64,000 nucleotides of DNA from an uncultured Verrucomicrobiae bacterium (GCA_963837955.1 CAWIPH010000002.1:2048001-2112000), one strand, 5' to 3'; counted from the stretch's first letter, positions 9,218-19,505 are shown. The notes: generated by a model not told the origin, from the sequence alone. A program made the numbers and translations.

Positions 9218-10432
9218 CTATTGCGTCGGAAGGTTGGGCTCAGTAGGCGCGACGTCTTTTTGCGGAGTGAGCGGTTGCTTCTTCTGGCCGGGGGTCGCGG
9301 CTGATGACGGCACGGCTGATGACGGTACGGCCGGTGACGGCGTTGGAGTAGGAGCTGGGGGACCAACGAAGTCCGATCTCGCAGCCGTATCGACCTGAGC
9401 CTGCAGCTTACGTCTTTCGGCTACAGTCTGGCCTGTCTCGGCCGTCTCAGTGCCAATCTGCAGAGCAGAGTCGCCAAGCTTCGATCGAATTTGATCCATT
9501 CTTTCCTTGGCGCGCTGCGCTTCCTGGGAGTCGGGCTGTTGCTGCAGTACCTCGTTATAATAAACGTAGGCGGCTTTGTAGTTCTTCTGCTTATCGTAGA
9601 ACCGCGCGATATTGTAGGAATCGGTCGACTTACGACCCTGCAACGCTTTCAGGTTATCCTGTGCTTGGGCCACTTTGCTGCTATTAGGATAACGCACCAA
9701 AAAGTCTTCAAATGCTTCCTGGGCCCGAACCGCGGCGGTCTGATCGTAGCCGGTTTCACGGCTAGCCTGAAAATAGACGTACCCAATCTGGTACATGGCA
9801 TCTGCGGCCACGTCGTTATTGGGATAGCGGTCGACCACTTGCTGATAAGCATTTACGGCCGAGACAATCGAGCCCTGCTTTTCCAGCGCCTGCCCGATTC
9901 CGTACTGGGCGAGGGGAGCGATCTTGCTGAAAGGAGCGTTGGTCACGATTTTCCGGAACATCTCCTGAGCTTTAGGCATCGACGGGAGTGTCGGAACGCC
10001 ATAAACGTCGACCCGCTTCCCATCCAAAAACGCCTTAGCTATATTGTATTCGGCCTCCAGGGCTGGTTCGAACTCGCTGCTCCGCGGATATTTTTCCACC
10101 AACCCTTGATACTCGTTGAAGGCGGCGTCCAATTTGCCTTGGTGCTGATACATGCGTCCGGAATTGAATTGGGCCGTCGGGGCGATATCTGAGCGCGGAA
10201 AACGCCGGACCAACAATCGGTAAGATGCTCCAGCGTGAGCAAAATCGTGGTTCTCTTCGTAACGCTGAGCGAGATCGAACTGCTCTTGCGCATTTTTCTT
10301 GATTTCAATGTCTTCAGCTTCGCTGGGAACAATTCCTTCCCCTTCGCGATAAATAATTGGCGCGGGGGAACGGTTGGGCAGCAGAAAGAGGAAAATCGTC
10401 AGCGGAAGTACGTACCGCAGCGTGGTCTTCAT
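9218..10432 (-). CDS. bamD: Outer membrane protein assembly factor BamD-like TPR protein
   Basis: TPR repeats; AQEAFEDFLVRYPNS and IARFYDKQKNYKAAYVYY motifs. Confidence 0.85.
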   Translation of the reverse strand: MKTTLRYVLPLTIFLFLLPNRSPAPIIYREGEGIVPSEAEDIEIKKNAQEQFDLAQRYEENHDFAHAGASYRLLVRRFPRSDIAPTAQFNSGRMYQHQGKLDAAFNEYQGLVEKYPRSSEFEPALEAEYNIAKAFLDGKRVDVYGVPTLPSMPKAQEMFRKIVTNAPFSKIAPLAQYGIGQALEKQGSIVSAVNAYQQVVDRYPNNDVAADAMYQIGYVYFQASRETGYDQTAAVRAQEAFEDFLVRYPNSSKVAQAQDNLKALQGRKSTDSYNIARFYDKQKNYKAAYVYYNEVLQQQPDSQEAQRAKERMDQIRSKLGDSALQIGTETAETGQTVAERRKLQAQVDTAARSDFVGPPAPTPTPSPAVPSSAVPSSAATPGQKKQPLTPQKDVAPTEPNLPTQ

Positions 10433-10441
10433 AAAAGGCCG

Positions 10442-10470
10442 AAATTAGGCATCAGCATCAGGTACGTCAA
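10442..10470 (-). promoter_or_regulatory. Putative sigma70 promoter of bamD (TTGACG-17-TAATTT)
   Basis: Minus strand TTGACG tacctgatgctgatgcc TAATTT, ending 9 nt before the ATG. Confidence 0.55.
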
Positions 10471-10704
10471 GACTTGGAGTGGCGGTAGCATATTGGGGAG
10501 TATAGCTTTGTCGAATAAAATTGGTGGGTCTCAGCATTGCACGTGTATCGCAGTGCGCGGCACTGGCCCCGGCGTAGGAGGCCTCCGGAAAGCAATCGCT
10601 GGAAACCAGTCCCGCTGAGTGACCAATAGCCAATTGTGGTTATTACAAATTGGTTAGGAGGCAAGCCGGCAAGGTGCGAAGAAATCACTGCGCAGGTGCC
10701 CTCA

Positions 10705-12315
10705 TTAAACGTTTTCGGCAGCCTTTGTCCCCGGATGGTAGTCGTAAGACCAGGTTTCGGAGAGAACTTCGGTTCCGCATTTCAGGAAAAGGCGCATCTC
10801 TACCGGATCTCGGCCCGCGACGGTAAAATCGAACTGGGCACGCCAATGACCCGAGACATTATCCGGAACGGCTTCGGTGAAAATGTACGAGAAATCGCCG
10901 CGGGAAGCCCAAAGGACCGGCTCCGGTTTGACGCCAAATGGCAGCGAGCCAAGCTGCCCTCCGTGAAATTCAATCATGAACTTACGTACACCCTTCGGTC
11001 GGGGCTGACCCGGATGACCTCCATTGCCAAGCCGAGTGGCCACGCAGCGCGCCATTGAAGGAGCAAAAGGTTCCCCGGCAACCCAGTGCAACCGATACTG
11101 GAAACGATAGTTTTTCCCTGCAGTCGCCGGATCGGCGGGTACCCACATAGCGACGATATTGTCGTGGATCTCATCGTCGGTCGGAATTTCCACCAGTTGC
11201 ACTGAGCCTTTTCCCCAATGCTCGAGCGGTTCCACCCAGAGATTGGGCCGCAACTCGTAGTGCACGCCGTCGAGGTAGTGGTCAAAATCGCGGTCGCGCT
11301 GCAGGAGACCAAAACCTCGCGGATTTTCGTCGTTGAACGCGGAGGCGAAAGTCGCTGCGGGGTTATTCAAAGGGCGCCAGATGCGCTCACCGATACCAGT
11401 CCAAAGAGCGAGCCCATCGGAATCATGCACTTCCGGGCGCCAGTCGACCGCGGTCGGTTTTATTGTCTCGGAAAACCAGTACATCGAGCTCATGGGCGCA
11501 ATTCCGAGGCGGCTGATATCTTTGCGGAGGAAAATCGTGGAATCCACGTCCATTAAGACCGCCTTGTCTCTGCGCATATCGAATCGGTAAGCCCCCGTGA
11601 TGCTGGGGCCATTCAGCAAGGCGTAAACCGTCACGAGCTCGCTATCTGGTTTTTGCGGCGCGAAGTAGATGTCCGTAAAAGTGGGAAATTCCTCAGAGCG
11701 ATCGGGCACTGCTACGTCGACCGCAATGCCGCGGGCCGAGAGACCATATTGATAGAGCTCTCCGATGGCCCGAAAATAGGACGCACCGAGGAAGGAAACC
11801 CAATCGTTTTTGTGCCAATCGAGCTTGGCCTGATCGCCGAGCTTGCTTTCCTGGAATCTGAACCCTGCGAAACCGCTGCCCTTACCTAGAGCATGGGCCG
11901 GGCTATCAGGTGGCATATCGAAATAGCTTTCGTCGTACACGATCTCTCGAGCGACGGTTCCGCCGGGGCCATCTTCCACCACGTGCATCCGGACGGGTGA
12001 CCGGCTAAACTTGCCCATATGGAAGAAGGTTACCGGGTAAGGGAGGCGGCCTTCGGCGAAAAGAGCATAGTCGATCTTGAAGCTGATCTTTTGCAGAGCC
12101 TCGTAATCGATCTTATCAAGGATATCGTCGGGGGGGACGGGGAGGGGAACGTAAGGCTGGCTGCTAAGCTTGCGGGCTCCCTCGATTAAAATATCAAACG
12201 AAAAGTGTTCGCCCGATGCGAGCTTCAGCGCCTGGCTGGCAAATGCGGAGCCCTTAAATCCAATCGTGGCCAGGGCAGCTGTGGTGGAGATAAGAAATTT
12301 GCGACGATCGATCAT
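10705..12315 (-). CDS. opgD: Periplasmic glucan biosynthesis protein (MdoG/OpgD family) with Tat signal
   Basis: RRKFL Tat motif; FLGASYFRA, YGLSARG, RPEVHDSDGL, VEIPTDDEIHDNIVA. Confidence 0.88.
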   Translation of the reverse strand: MIDRRKFLISTTAALATIGFKGSAFASQALKLASGEHFSFDILIEGARKLSSQPYVPLPVPPDDILDKIDYEALQKISFKIDYALFAEGRLPYPVTFFHMGKFSRSPVRMHVVEDGPGGTVAREIVYDESYFDMPPDSPAHALGKGSGFAGFRFQESKLGDQAKLDWHKNDWVSFLGASYFRAIGELYQYGLSARGIAVDVAVPDRSEEFPTFTDIYFAPQKPDSELVTVYALLNGPSITGAYRFDMRRDKAVLMDVDSTIFLRKDISRLGIAPMSSMYWFSETIKPTAVDWRPEVHDSDGLALWTGIGERIWRPLNNPAATFASAFNDENPRGFGLLQRDRDFDHYLDGVHYELRPNLWVEPLEHWGKGSVQLVEIPTDDEIHDNIVAMWVPADPATAGKNYRFQYRLHWVAGEPFAPSMARCVATRLGNGGHPGQPRPKGVRKFMIEFHGGQLGSLPFGVKPEPVLWASRGDFSYIFTEAVPDNVSGHWRAQFDFTVAGRDPVEMRLFLKCGTEVLSETWSYDYHPGTKAAENV

Positions 12316-12551
12316 TACTCTTACGGAAGGTTCTGGAAACTAGGTAGTGCGGCCGGATCACGGATGCACGGGTGCGTCCTAAGATTTAGAATCTAGAGGT
12401 AGCGCCGGAAACCGTTAACGGTGAACGGCCAGCGGTCAACCAGAAACATGAGGATCGACAGGGACGCACTCCCGCTTACCCATGACGGGCAGGGGTCCGG
12501 CTCCCGCCCGGGAGGAGGTCAACTTAAGAATGGTTTGCCTGCTCCAACGCC

Positions 12552-12720
12552 GGGAGGGCGCGCGTCCCCGCGCGCCGAGAAAACGATCTCTAACCTGGGG
12601 GACCAATTGAACCCTTGGTATACAAGCGCGCTTGGGTCCGGCCACAACGGATCGCGGGGACGCGATCCCTCCCCGCGTTGGGTCTCGCGGCCGCGGGGCT
12701 CCCGCCCGGACGCGTCAGGA
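12552..12720. repeat. REP-like palindromic repeat cluster
   Basis: GGGAGGGCGCGCGTCCCCGCGCGCC and GGATCGCGGGGACGCGATCCCTCCC units, shared with ~7910 and ~55830. Confidence 0.7.
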
Positions 12721-12842
12721 TAAGGGCCGAAATCTGCACCGAGGGGCGGGTGCAGAGCCTGTCTGCACAGAACGACGCATAGGTCCCATGCGTCCCATAT
12801 GACCTATCGGCTCCCGCCGAATCCTGCCTGTCCCAGGTGTGG

Positions 12843-12873
12843 AAAAGACGCGCCCCCAATGACATGGGGGCGC
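12843..12873 (-). terminator. Putative intrinsic terminator of the ADH gene
   Basis: 9-bp stem GCGCCCCCA/TGGGGGCGC, followed on the minus strand by GTCTTTT. Confidence 0.55.
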
Positions 12874-12893
12874 TGCAACCCCAAAAAAACGAG

Positions 12894-13946
12894 CTAGTTC
12901 TTTAGACTCGAGATATCGATGACAAATCGGTATTTCACGTCCCCTTTCAACAGCCTCTCATAAGATTCGTTGACCTGTTGAATCGGGATGATTTCGACAT
13001 CGGAGGTGATGCCATGTTCGGCGCAGTAATCCAGCATTTCCTGGGTTTCTGGAATCCCTCCGATGAGTGAGCCGACGATGCTGCGTCGTTGCAAAAGAAG
13101 GCTGAACGCGGGAATCGGTGTCGGCTCTGGTGGAGCGCCAACGCAGATCATCACACCGTCGGTGTCGAGGGTGTTGAGATATTTAGCGTAATCGTGAGGC
13201 GCTGATACAGTGTTAACAATGAAATCAAAATGATTGTTAATCCGGTTCATAGCCTCGTCGTTGGAGGTTAGTACGAAGTGATGCGCGCCCAGACGCTTGG
13301 CATCGGCTTCTTTGGAAGGTGAACCGCTTAGCATGGTCACTTCCGCACCAAATGAGGAAGCAAGTTTCACCGCCATGTGGCCCAACCCGCCCAATCCCAG
13401 GACACCTACTTTGTGCCCTTTGCCTACTTTCCAGTGGCGCAGCGGAGAATAGGTCGTAATCCCGGCGCACAACAATGGAGCCACGCCTTCCAAAGCCAGG
13501 TTGGAGGAGATTTTCAGCGTGTATTTTTCGTCGACCACGATCTGGGTAGAGTAGCCGCCATAGGTTGGGGTCTTACCATCCTTCTCGTAGCCGTTATAGG
13601 TAACGATCAGGCCATTTCTGCAATATTGCTCCAGACCAGCCGTACAGTTAGCGCACTCCCGACAGGAATCCACGAAGCAGCCAATGCCGGCGAGGTCGTC
13701 GACTTTGAATCGATTCACTTGGTCGCCAACTTTTATCACGCGGCCGACGATCTCATGTCCCGGGACCATAGGGTAAATAGAGTTGCCCCATTCATTGCGG
13801 ACCTGGTGTAAATCTGAGTGGCAAACGCCACAATACAGGATCTCTATCTCTACATCGTGGGGACCGACGTCCCGGCGACTTAATGTGAACGGACCTAAGC
13901 GCTCGGTGGCGCTCGGCGCAGCATAAGCCTTGGTATTATAAGTCAT
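12894..13946 (-). CDS. Zn-dependent NAD(P)-dependent alcohol dehydrogenase (cinnamyl ADH / YahK family)
   Basis: CGVCHSD, GHEIVG, CxxCxxC...C Zn site, APLLCAGIT, GLGGLG, DVKYRFVID. Confidence 0.95.
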   Translation of the reverse strand: MTYNTKAYAAPSATERLGPFTLSRRDVGPHDVEIEILYCGVCHSDLHQVRNEWGNSIYPMVPGHEIVGRVIKVGDQVNRFKVDDLAGIGCFVDSCRECANCTAGLEQYCRNGLIVTYNGYEKDGKTPTYGGYSTQIVVDEKYTLKISSNLALEGVAPLLCAGITTYSPLRHWKVGKGHKVGVLGLGGLGHMAVKLASSFGAEVTMLSGSPSKEADAKRLGAHHFVLTSNDEAMNRINNHFDFIVNTVSAPHDYAKYLNTLDTDGVMICVGAPPEPTPIPAFSLLLQRRSIVGSLIGGIPETQEMLDYCAEHGITSDVEIIPIQQVNESYERLLKGDVKYRFVIDISSLKN

Positions 13947-14202
13947 AGGTTATTCCCTCTGTTTTAATGCACTTGTGTCTGTTGTGAATGTTGGTGCCTA
14001 GACCACCGACAAGTGGCCGGGTGGCTATCAAAAAATGATAAGTTGCCATGGTGTCGAGTGCCCCAGTTAGCGAAGTAAACATTATTTGACCAACTGGTCT
14101 AGTGCATATCTCCCGCAGAGTTTGCTATGTACAGGCTTTCCTTTGGAAAATGAAGCCCATAGACTCTCCCGGGAACGGGCCCAACGGTCGCAAGGATGCA
14201 CT

Positions 14203-15957
14203 ATGATTCATCCCAACAAATGGTGGATAGGACTCCTGCCTCTCTTTCTCATTTGGCTTCTAGCCAATTGGTTTAATACGGTCCCCATCGAACGAGACCT
14301 TACATCTCGTGCAGGGGAAGCAATTGCCGGGGAATCGTTCCTCAACAAATCTCAGATCTCGGTCGCCGGCCGTGATGTCACGGTGTCAGGTGAGGCATTC
14401 GCTCCGACCGGAGCAAGCCAGGCCTTGGACGCCGCGCGCGCAACCCGAGGCGTACGCCTTGCGGTAGATGCAACGAAATCTTTGGCGTCCGTGAAACCGT
14501 TTGACTGGTCGGTGAAACGCGATGGTAACACAGTCCTTCTGTCGGGCCATGTGCCAAATCCGGGAGTTCGCGCGAAGATAGCCGCAGCCGCAAAGTCCGC
14601 CTTTACTGGCTGCGAAATCAAGGACGAGATGACCTACGCTTCCGGCGGGACAGCTGGGTTCGAATCCGCCGCCGCCTTTGGCATAGGGCAGCTTGCGACC
14701 CTTTCGAATGGCTCCGTCTCGCTGGCTGATGGAAATTTCTCCATTGCTGGTAAGGCACCGACTTCCGCGGTCTACGATAGCGTGCTCGCGGCGACAAAGA
14801 AGCTGCCCGAAGGTATGAACCTCGCCAAGGTCGATATCACTCCTCCCGAAATGAAGCCCTATATTTGGAGTGCGGCGCTCAACGGCAAGACCGTGACGCT
14901 GGAAGGCGCAGCACCCTCAATCGAAGCGAGTGACAAGATTGCAGCCGCAGCCGTTGCGAATTTCCCAGGGTTAACCATTGCAAACAATTTGCAGATCGCG
15001 CGAGGGGCGCCGTCCGCCGATTTCCTGCCGGCGGTCGAAGGCGGGCTCCAGCAGCTCACTAAATTGATCCAAGGCAAGGTGTCTCTTCAAGACGATCAAC
15101 TTTCGGTTAGCGGCGCAGTGAAACCGGATATAGGCCTTGATCAACTTCAAGCGTCTATTCGGAGCACTCTGCCGCCAGGTTTTAAGTTAGCTGAGATCGA
15201 CGTGACGCCGCCTCGAGTTTCTCCTTATACCTTTGGCGCAAACAAAGCAGACGGGACGCTTACTCTCTCCGGCTATTATCCCGACAACAAAACGCACCAG
15301 GAAATCGTCGATGTGACGAAGCGCCTCTTTGGAGGCGACCAAATCATGGATAAACTCGCCGTTGGGGCGGGCGCGCCCGCGGGCTTCGCTGACGCCGTCC
15401 GCGTCGGGCTTACTCAATTGGCTCGCCTTGCGACCGGTACGTTCGCTCTTTCGGACATTGGAATGAAGCTTTCCGGTGATGCGTTTCATCAAAATGCAGC
15501 AGACGAAATTGGCAGAGGATTCCCGGGCGCATTACCCACCCCTTATTCTGTCAACTTGTCTGTGGGCGTAAAAGCACCCGAACCAGAAGTGACTGCTGAA
15601 AGTTGTCAGCAACTATTTGCTGATCTGCTGAGTAAGACCAACGTCCTGTTCGAGACTGACACCGCCACACTTTCTCAGGACTCGATTGGACTGCTCGACA
15701 ATTTCGTCGCTATCGCAAAACGATGTCCGCAAGCCAAAATCGAAATCGCTGGTTATACCGACTCGGTTGGCAGCGAAGAATACAACCTCGATCTTTCGAA
15801 ACGCCGAGCTCAGGCCGTAGTCGATTATTTGGTAAAGGAGGGTATCACAGCGGGGAATTTGAGCACCATCGGATACGGGGCAACGCACCCCGTGGCATCA
15901 AACGATTCGGACGAAGGGAGGGCACAAAATCGCCGGATCGAAATTCACGTGAAGTAA
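14203..15957 (+). CDS. OmpA-family protein with N-terminal TM anchor and repeated BON-like domains
   Basis: WWIGLLPL anchor; three ~120-aa repeats; C-terminal GYTDSVG...N..LS..RA..V and GRAQNRRIE. Confidence 0.9.
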   Translation: MIHPNKWWIGLLPLFLIWLLANWFNTVPIERDLTSRAGEAIAGESFLNKSQISVAGRDVTVSGEAFAPTGASQALDAARATRGVRLAVDATKSLASVKPFDWSVKRDGNTVLLSGHVPNPGVRAKIAAAAKSAFTGCEIKDEMTYASGGTAGFESAAAFGIGQLATLSNGSVSLADGNFSIAGKAPTSAVYDSVLAATKKLPEGMNLAKVDITPPEMKPYIWSAALNGKTVTLEGAAPSIEASDKIAAAAVANFPGLTIANNLQIARGAPSADFLPAVEGGLQQLTKLIQGKVSLQDDQLSVSGAVKPDIGLDQLQASIRSTLPPGFKLAEIDVTPPRVSPYTFGANKADGTLTLSGYYPDNKTHQEIVDVTKRLFGGDQIMDKLAVGAGAPAGFADAVRVGLTQLARLATGTFALSDIGMKLSGDAFHQNAADEIGRGFPGALPTPYSVNLSVGVKAPEPEVTAESCQQLFADLLSKTNVLFETDTATLSQDSIGLLDNFVAIAKRCPQAKIEIAGYTDSVGSEEYNLDLSKRRAQAVVDYLVKEGITAGNLSTIGYGATHPVASNDSDEGRAQNRRIEIHVK

Positions 15958-15970
15958 GGAGACCCAGTTT

Positions 15971-18025
15971 ATGTTCTATCTTTTCAATTGGTATTGGAGT
16001 TGGATTCTTCTCGCGTTTCTCCTCGGCATCGTCGTGGGCCTGTGGACCTTCTCAGGCGAAATTGAGCGGTCCGTCACCTCCCGGATACCGCGCTGGTTGA
16101 AATGGGCGACGATCCTTTTTCTGGTCGGTTTCATCATCGCCCTTTTCAAATGGTTTCCTGGCCGGAGTGGCCTTTATCTAGAGACGGCGCTTCTTCTTTT
16201 CGCTCCCTATATCATCGGTTGTTTCGCTGGCGGCCTGTTGGCGACCATTTTTGGTTGGGACAAACGACTGGCTGCGGCTGCAGCAGGTTCTGGCGGCGTA
16301 GCTGCTTCCACCGCGCTAAATACGTCGTCCGCGGAAGCATCGAAATCTTTCTCTGAGGTCCCCTCAGTCACTCCGGTCATCCCAGTTGGCCAGGTTGCTG
16401 TAGTTCCTGCGGTTCCGATAACGCCGGAAGCTGATACCAGTATTTATCCGGGCACGCAGCCCGTTGGGATTTCAGCTCCTCGAGACGGAGCCGGGGACGA
16501 TCTCAAGCTTATCAAAGGTATCGGACCGAAGAACGAAGAGATTCTTAATCGTCTTGGTATCTATCATTTTGATCAGATTGCGAAATGGACCCCGGACGAA
16601 GCGACCTGGGTAGGCCATCACATCGCGTTCCCTGGCCGGATCGAACGCGAGCATTGGATCGAACAAGCGGAACTCCTTTCCACTGGTATCGACACCGATT
16701 TCTCCGCAGGCGTGAAGGCCGGGACGGTGACGCCAGACGATACGCCATTGAGCGAAAGCGAGGCTGCGCATCTGCGGACGAACCTATCCGAAGCTACGTC
16801 AAAAATCGCTTCAGTTGCTCCAGCTATTCCGGTCGTCCCAGTTGGCCAGGTTCCTTTAATTCCTGCCGTTCCGACAACGCCGGAAGCCGACACCAGTATT
16901 TATCCAGGTACGCAGCCCGTTGGTATTTCAACTCCTCGAGACGAAGGCGCGGACGATCTCAAGCTTATCAAAGGTATCGGACCCAAGAACGAAGAGATTC
17001 TTAACCGCCTTGGTATCTATCATTTTGATCAGATCGCTCAATGGACCCCGGACGAAGCGACCTGGGTAGGCCATCACATCGCGTTCCCTGGCCGGATCGA
17101 ACGCGAGCACTGGATCGAACAAGCGGAACTCCTTTCCACCGGTATCGACACCGATTACTCGGCAGGCGTAAAGGCCGGGACAGTGACGCCAGACGATGCG
17201 CCATTGAACGAAAGCGAGGCTGCGCATCTCAGAACGAACCTATCCGCAACTAGGTCAAAGATCGCCTCAGTCGCTCCAGCTATTCCGGTTGTTTCATTTG
17301 CTCCGGTTCCTTTAACTCCTCCTGTTCCGACAACGCCGGAAGCTGACACCAGTATTTACCCAGGCACGCAGCCCGTTGGGATTTCAGCTCCTCGAGACGG
17401 CGCCGGTGACGATCTCAAGCTTATCAAAGGTATCGGACCCAAGAACGAAGGGATTCTTAATCGTCTTGGTATCTATCATTTTGATCAGATCGCTCAATGG
17501 ACCCCGGACGAAGCGACCTGGGTAGGGCATCACATCGCGTTCCCTGGCCGGCTCGAACGCGAGCATTGGATCGAACAGGCCAAACTCCTTTCGGCCGGTG
17601 TTGATACCGATTATTCGACAGGCGTAAGGGCTGGCACGCTAACCCCGGACGATGCGCCACTGAGCGAGAGCGAGGTCGCGAATTTTAGACTTCCTGAAGC
17701 TGCGTCGGCTCTAGCAGATGAGGGCCAACACCATGGGAACCGTCCCTTGGGCATTGCCGAGGCACGTGGGGGGAGGCCGGACAACCTTAAGCTTGTCAGC
17801 GGCATCGGCCCGGTAAATGAACGGCGCTTACACCAGCTTGGCATTTGGCATTTCAGTCAAGTCGCAGCGTGGACACACGAGAATGTGAAATGGGTCGGAA
17901 GCTATTTGGCGTTTCCGGGCCGCATCGAACGGGAACACTGGGTCGAGCAGGCAAAACACCTCGTCCACGGCCGGCAAACGAAGATGTCGAGGCGCGCAGC
18001 CGAAGGCCTCGTCGATGGTAGTTAG
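15971..18025 (+). CDS. Membrane protein with four DDLKxIKGIGPK helix-hairpin-helix (COG3743/NuoE C-terminal-like) domains
   Basis: Three N-terminal TM segments, then 4x DDLKLIKGIGPKNE..LNRLGIYHFDQIA.W...FPGRIEREHWIEQA. Confidence 0.85.
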   Translation: MFYLFNWYWSWILLAFLLGIVVGLWTFSGEIERSVTSRIPRWLKWATILFLVGFIIALFKWFPGRSGLYLETALLLFAPYIIGCFAGGLLATIFGWDKRLAAAAAGSGGVAASTALNTSSAEASKSFSEVPSVTPVIPVGQVAVVPAVPITPEADTSIYPGTQPVGISAPRDGAGDDLKLIKGIGPKNEEILNRLGIYHFDQIAKWTPDEATWVGHHIAFPGRIEREHWIEQAELLSTGIDTDFSAGVKAGTVTPDDTPLSESEAAHLRTNLSEATSKIASVAPAIPVVPVGQVPLIPAVPTTPEADTSIYPGTQPVGISTPRDEGADDLKLIKGIGPKNEEILNRLGIYHFDQIAQWTPDEATWVGHHIAFPGRIEREHWIEQAELLSTGIDTDYSAGVKAGTVTPDDAPLNESEAAHLRTNLSATRSKIASVAPAIPVVSFAPVPLTPPVPTTPEADTSIYPGTQPVGISAPRDGAGDDLKLIKGIGPKNEGILNRLGIYHFDQIAQWTPDEATWVGHHIAFPGRLEREHWIEQAKLLSAGVDTDYSTGVRAGTLTPDDAPLSESEVANFRLPEAASALADEGQHHGNRPLGIAEARGGRPDNLKLVSGIGPVNERRLHQLGIWHFSQVAAWTHENVKWVGSYLAFPGRIEREHWVEQAKHLVHGRQTKMSRRAAEGLVDGS
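16360..17680 (+). repeat. 456-bp intragenic tandem repeat, about 3 copies
   Basis: GACGATCTCAAGCTTATC at 16496, 16952 and 17408 (exact 456-bp period); divergent fourth copy at ~17780. Confidence 0.95.
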
Positions 18026-18167
18026 TGAAGGCTTTGTTCCTCGAGTTCAAAGCGCGGGACGTCGATTTCTTTCAAACATTGAGGTTGGAACCTTGGGGAG
18101 CTGGGATTTCATCGTCCGGGACCCGGACGGAAATCTCATATGCTTTGGTAGCCGTGCGGACCGGTAG
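18025..18167 (+). pseudogene. VOC/glyoxalase (bleomycin-resistance-like) gene fragment
   Basis: ALFLEFKARDVDFFQTLRLEPWGA, then a frameshift to DFIVRDPDGNLICFGS. N-terminal half absent. Confidence 0.7.
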
Positions 18168-18265
18168 CGACGATCGGCTGGTCGCCGGTCAGCGTCGGAT
18201 ATTCAAAGCCAAAGGAAGCAAGTAGTCGCGCCGAATCACCAGGCCCCAATCGACGTCCTTTGCCA

Positions 18266-18390
18266 TCGGCTATTGGCTATTGGCTATTGGCTATTGGCTA
18301 TTGGCTATCGGCTATTACTACGTGTTCGCAATTTCCGCTTTCGCTATCCTAATTTCTAGCTTCTAGCTTCTAAATTCTAAATTCTGGATT
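18266..18390. repeat. Heptamer tandem repeats (GGCTATT)n and (TTCTAGC/TTCTAAA)n
   Basis: Directly visible. GGCTATT units recur at ~25593 and ~61826. Confidence 0.9.
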
Positions 18391-18409
18391 CCGGATCCTC
18401 TGCTCCCCG

Positions 18410-19327
18410 ATGAAGAATCTTTTCCTCTACGTGCTTACCGTCGCCATCTGGGGCTCGACCTGGTATGCCATCACGTTCCAGCTTAACGGAATACCGACCC
18501 AGGTCTCGGTTGCCTACCGCTTTGCGCTGGCGACCTTGCTTCTATTCGTTTGGTGCTGGGTCCGGCGGCTGCGCTTACGATTCTCTGTCCGCGACCATCT
18601 CCTCTTGATGCTGCTGGGATTGACGCTGTTCTCGATTAACTACGTGTTGTTCTACGAAGCTGAAAAGCATTTGGTATCCGGCAGCGTAGCGATCATCTTC
18701 TCGCTCCTGGTGGTCTTCAACATCTTGAATGGTTGGCTCCTTTTCGGATCAGGACCGGATCGCCACGTACTTGCCGGTGCGGCGCTCGGCCTGCTGGGGA
18801 TTATTATCGCGTTCTGGCAGGATCTGCGGACCATGAATTCCGGTTCGCAAAGTTTCTGGGGGATTATGCTAAGTCTTGCCGCCACCCTCACGGCATCATT
18901 TGGTAATTTGGTCTCGACCAGACTGCAAAAACGGCGGATCCCGGTCGTGCCGGCCAACGCTTTCGGAATGTTATACGGAACAATCGTGTTGTTGGCTTAT
19001 GCTGTGTTATCGGGAGCAACTTTCAGTTTCGACACTTCGGCGAGTTATATCGGATCGCTGGCTTACTTAGCGCTGTTTGGTTCGGTGATAGGATTCAGCT
19101 CTTACCTTACCCTCGTCGGCCGAATTGGTGCCGATCGCGCGGCGTACACCAGCATCCTGTTTCCGATTGTCGCGCTCCTTTTTTCCGCAGCATTCGAACA
19201 TTACAATCTGACTCTCCTCAGCGCGCTGGGTATTGCCTGCATTCTCGCTGGCAACGGCTTAGTCCTCTTGCGGAAGCGGCGCACGAACGCTCCCATCGCG
19301 ATCCCCACCGCGAATGTACACGAATGA
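18410..19327 (+). CDS. DMT/EamA family transporter
   Basis: IWGSTW, about 10 TM helices, YLALFGSVIGF, RIGADRAAY. Confidence 0.92.
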   Translation: MKNLFLYVLTVAIWGSTWYAITFQLNGIPTQVSVAYRFALATLLLFVWCWVRRLRLRFSVRDHLLLMLLGLTLFSINYVLFYEAEKHLVSGSVAIIFSLLVVFNILNGWLLFGSGPDRHVLAGAALGLLGIIIAFWQDLRTMNSGSQSFWGIMLSLAATLTASFGNLVSTRLQKRRIPVVPANAFGMLYGTIVLLAYAVLSGATFSFDTSASYIGSLAYLALFGSVIGFSSYLTLVGRIGADRAAYTSILFPIVALLFSAAFEHYNLTLLSALGIACILAGNGLVLLRKRRTNAPIAIPTANVHE

Positions 19328-19424
19328 GCGTTTTTAATTCGCGTCCACTGGCGTGTATTCGTGGTTCATGGTTCCGGTCTGATCGGCCGGACACCAGTTG
19401 TTCGAGTTGATCCGCCCGAGCTCG

Positions 19425-19505
19425 CGCCCTTTCAGGCCTCTCATTTTGTAGGATGTTTCCCGGGCTTAAAACTTCGGGCTGAGTCCTCTTGCCCTTCCCG
19501 GGGAA
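19425..19505. repeat. REP-like element
   Basis: CCCGGGCTTAAAACTTCGGGCTGAGTCC resembles ~37742 and ~55810/55965. Confidence 0.6.

Noticed and set aside
16360..17680. CRISPR array or DNA-level repeat element
   Set aside because: The 456-bp units are in-frame protein domain repeats without unique spacers; no cas genes.
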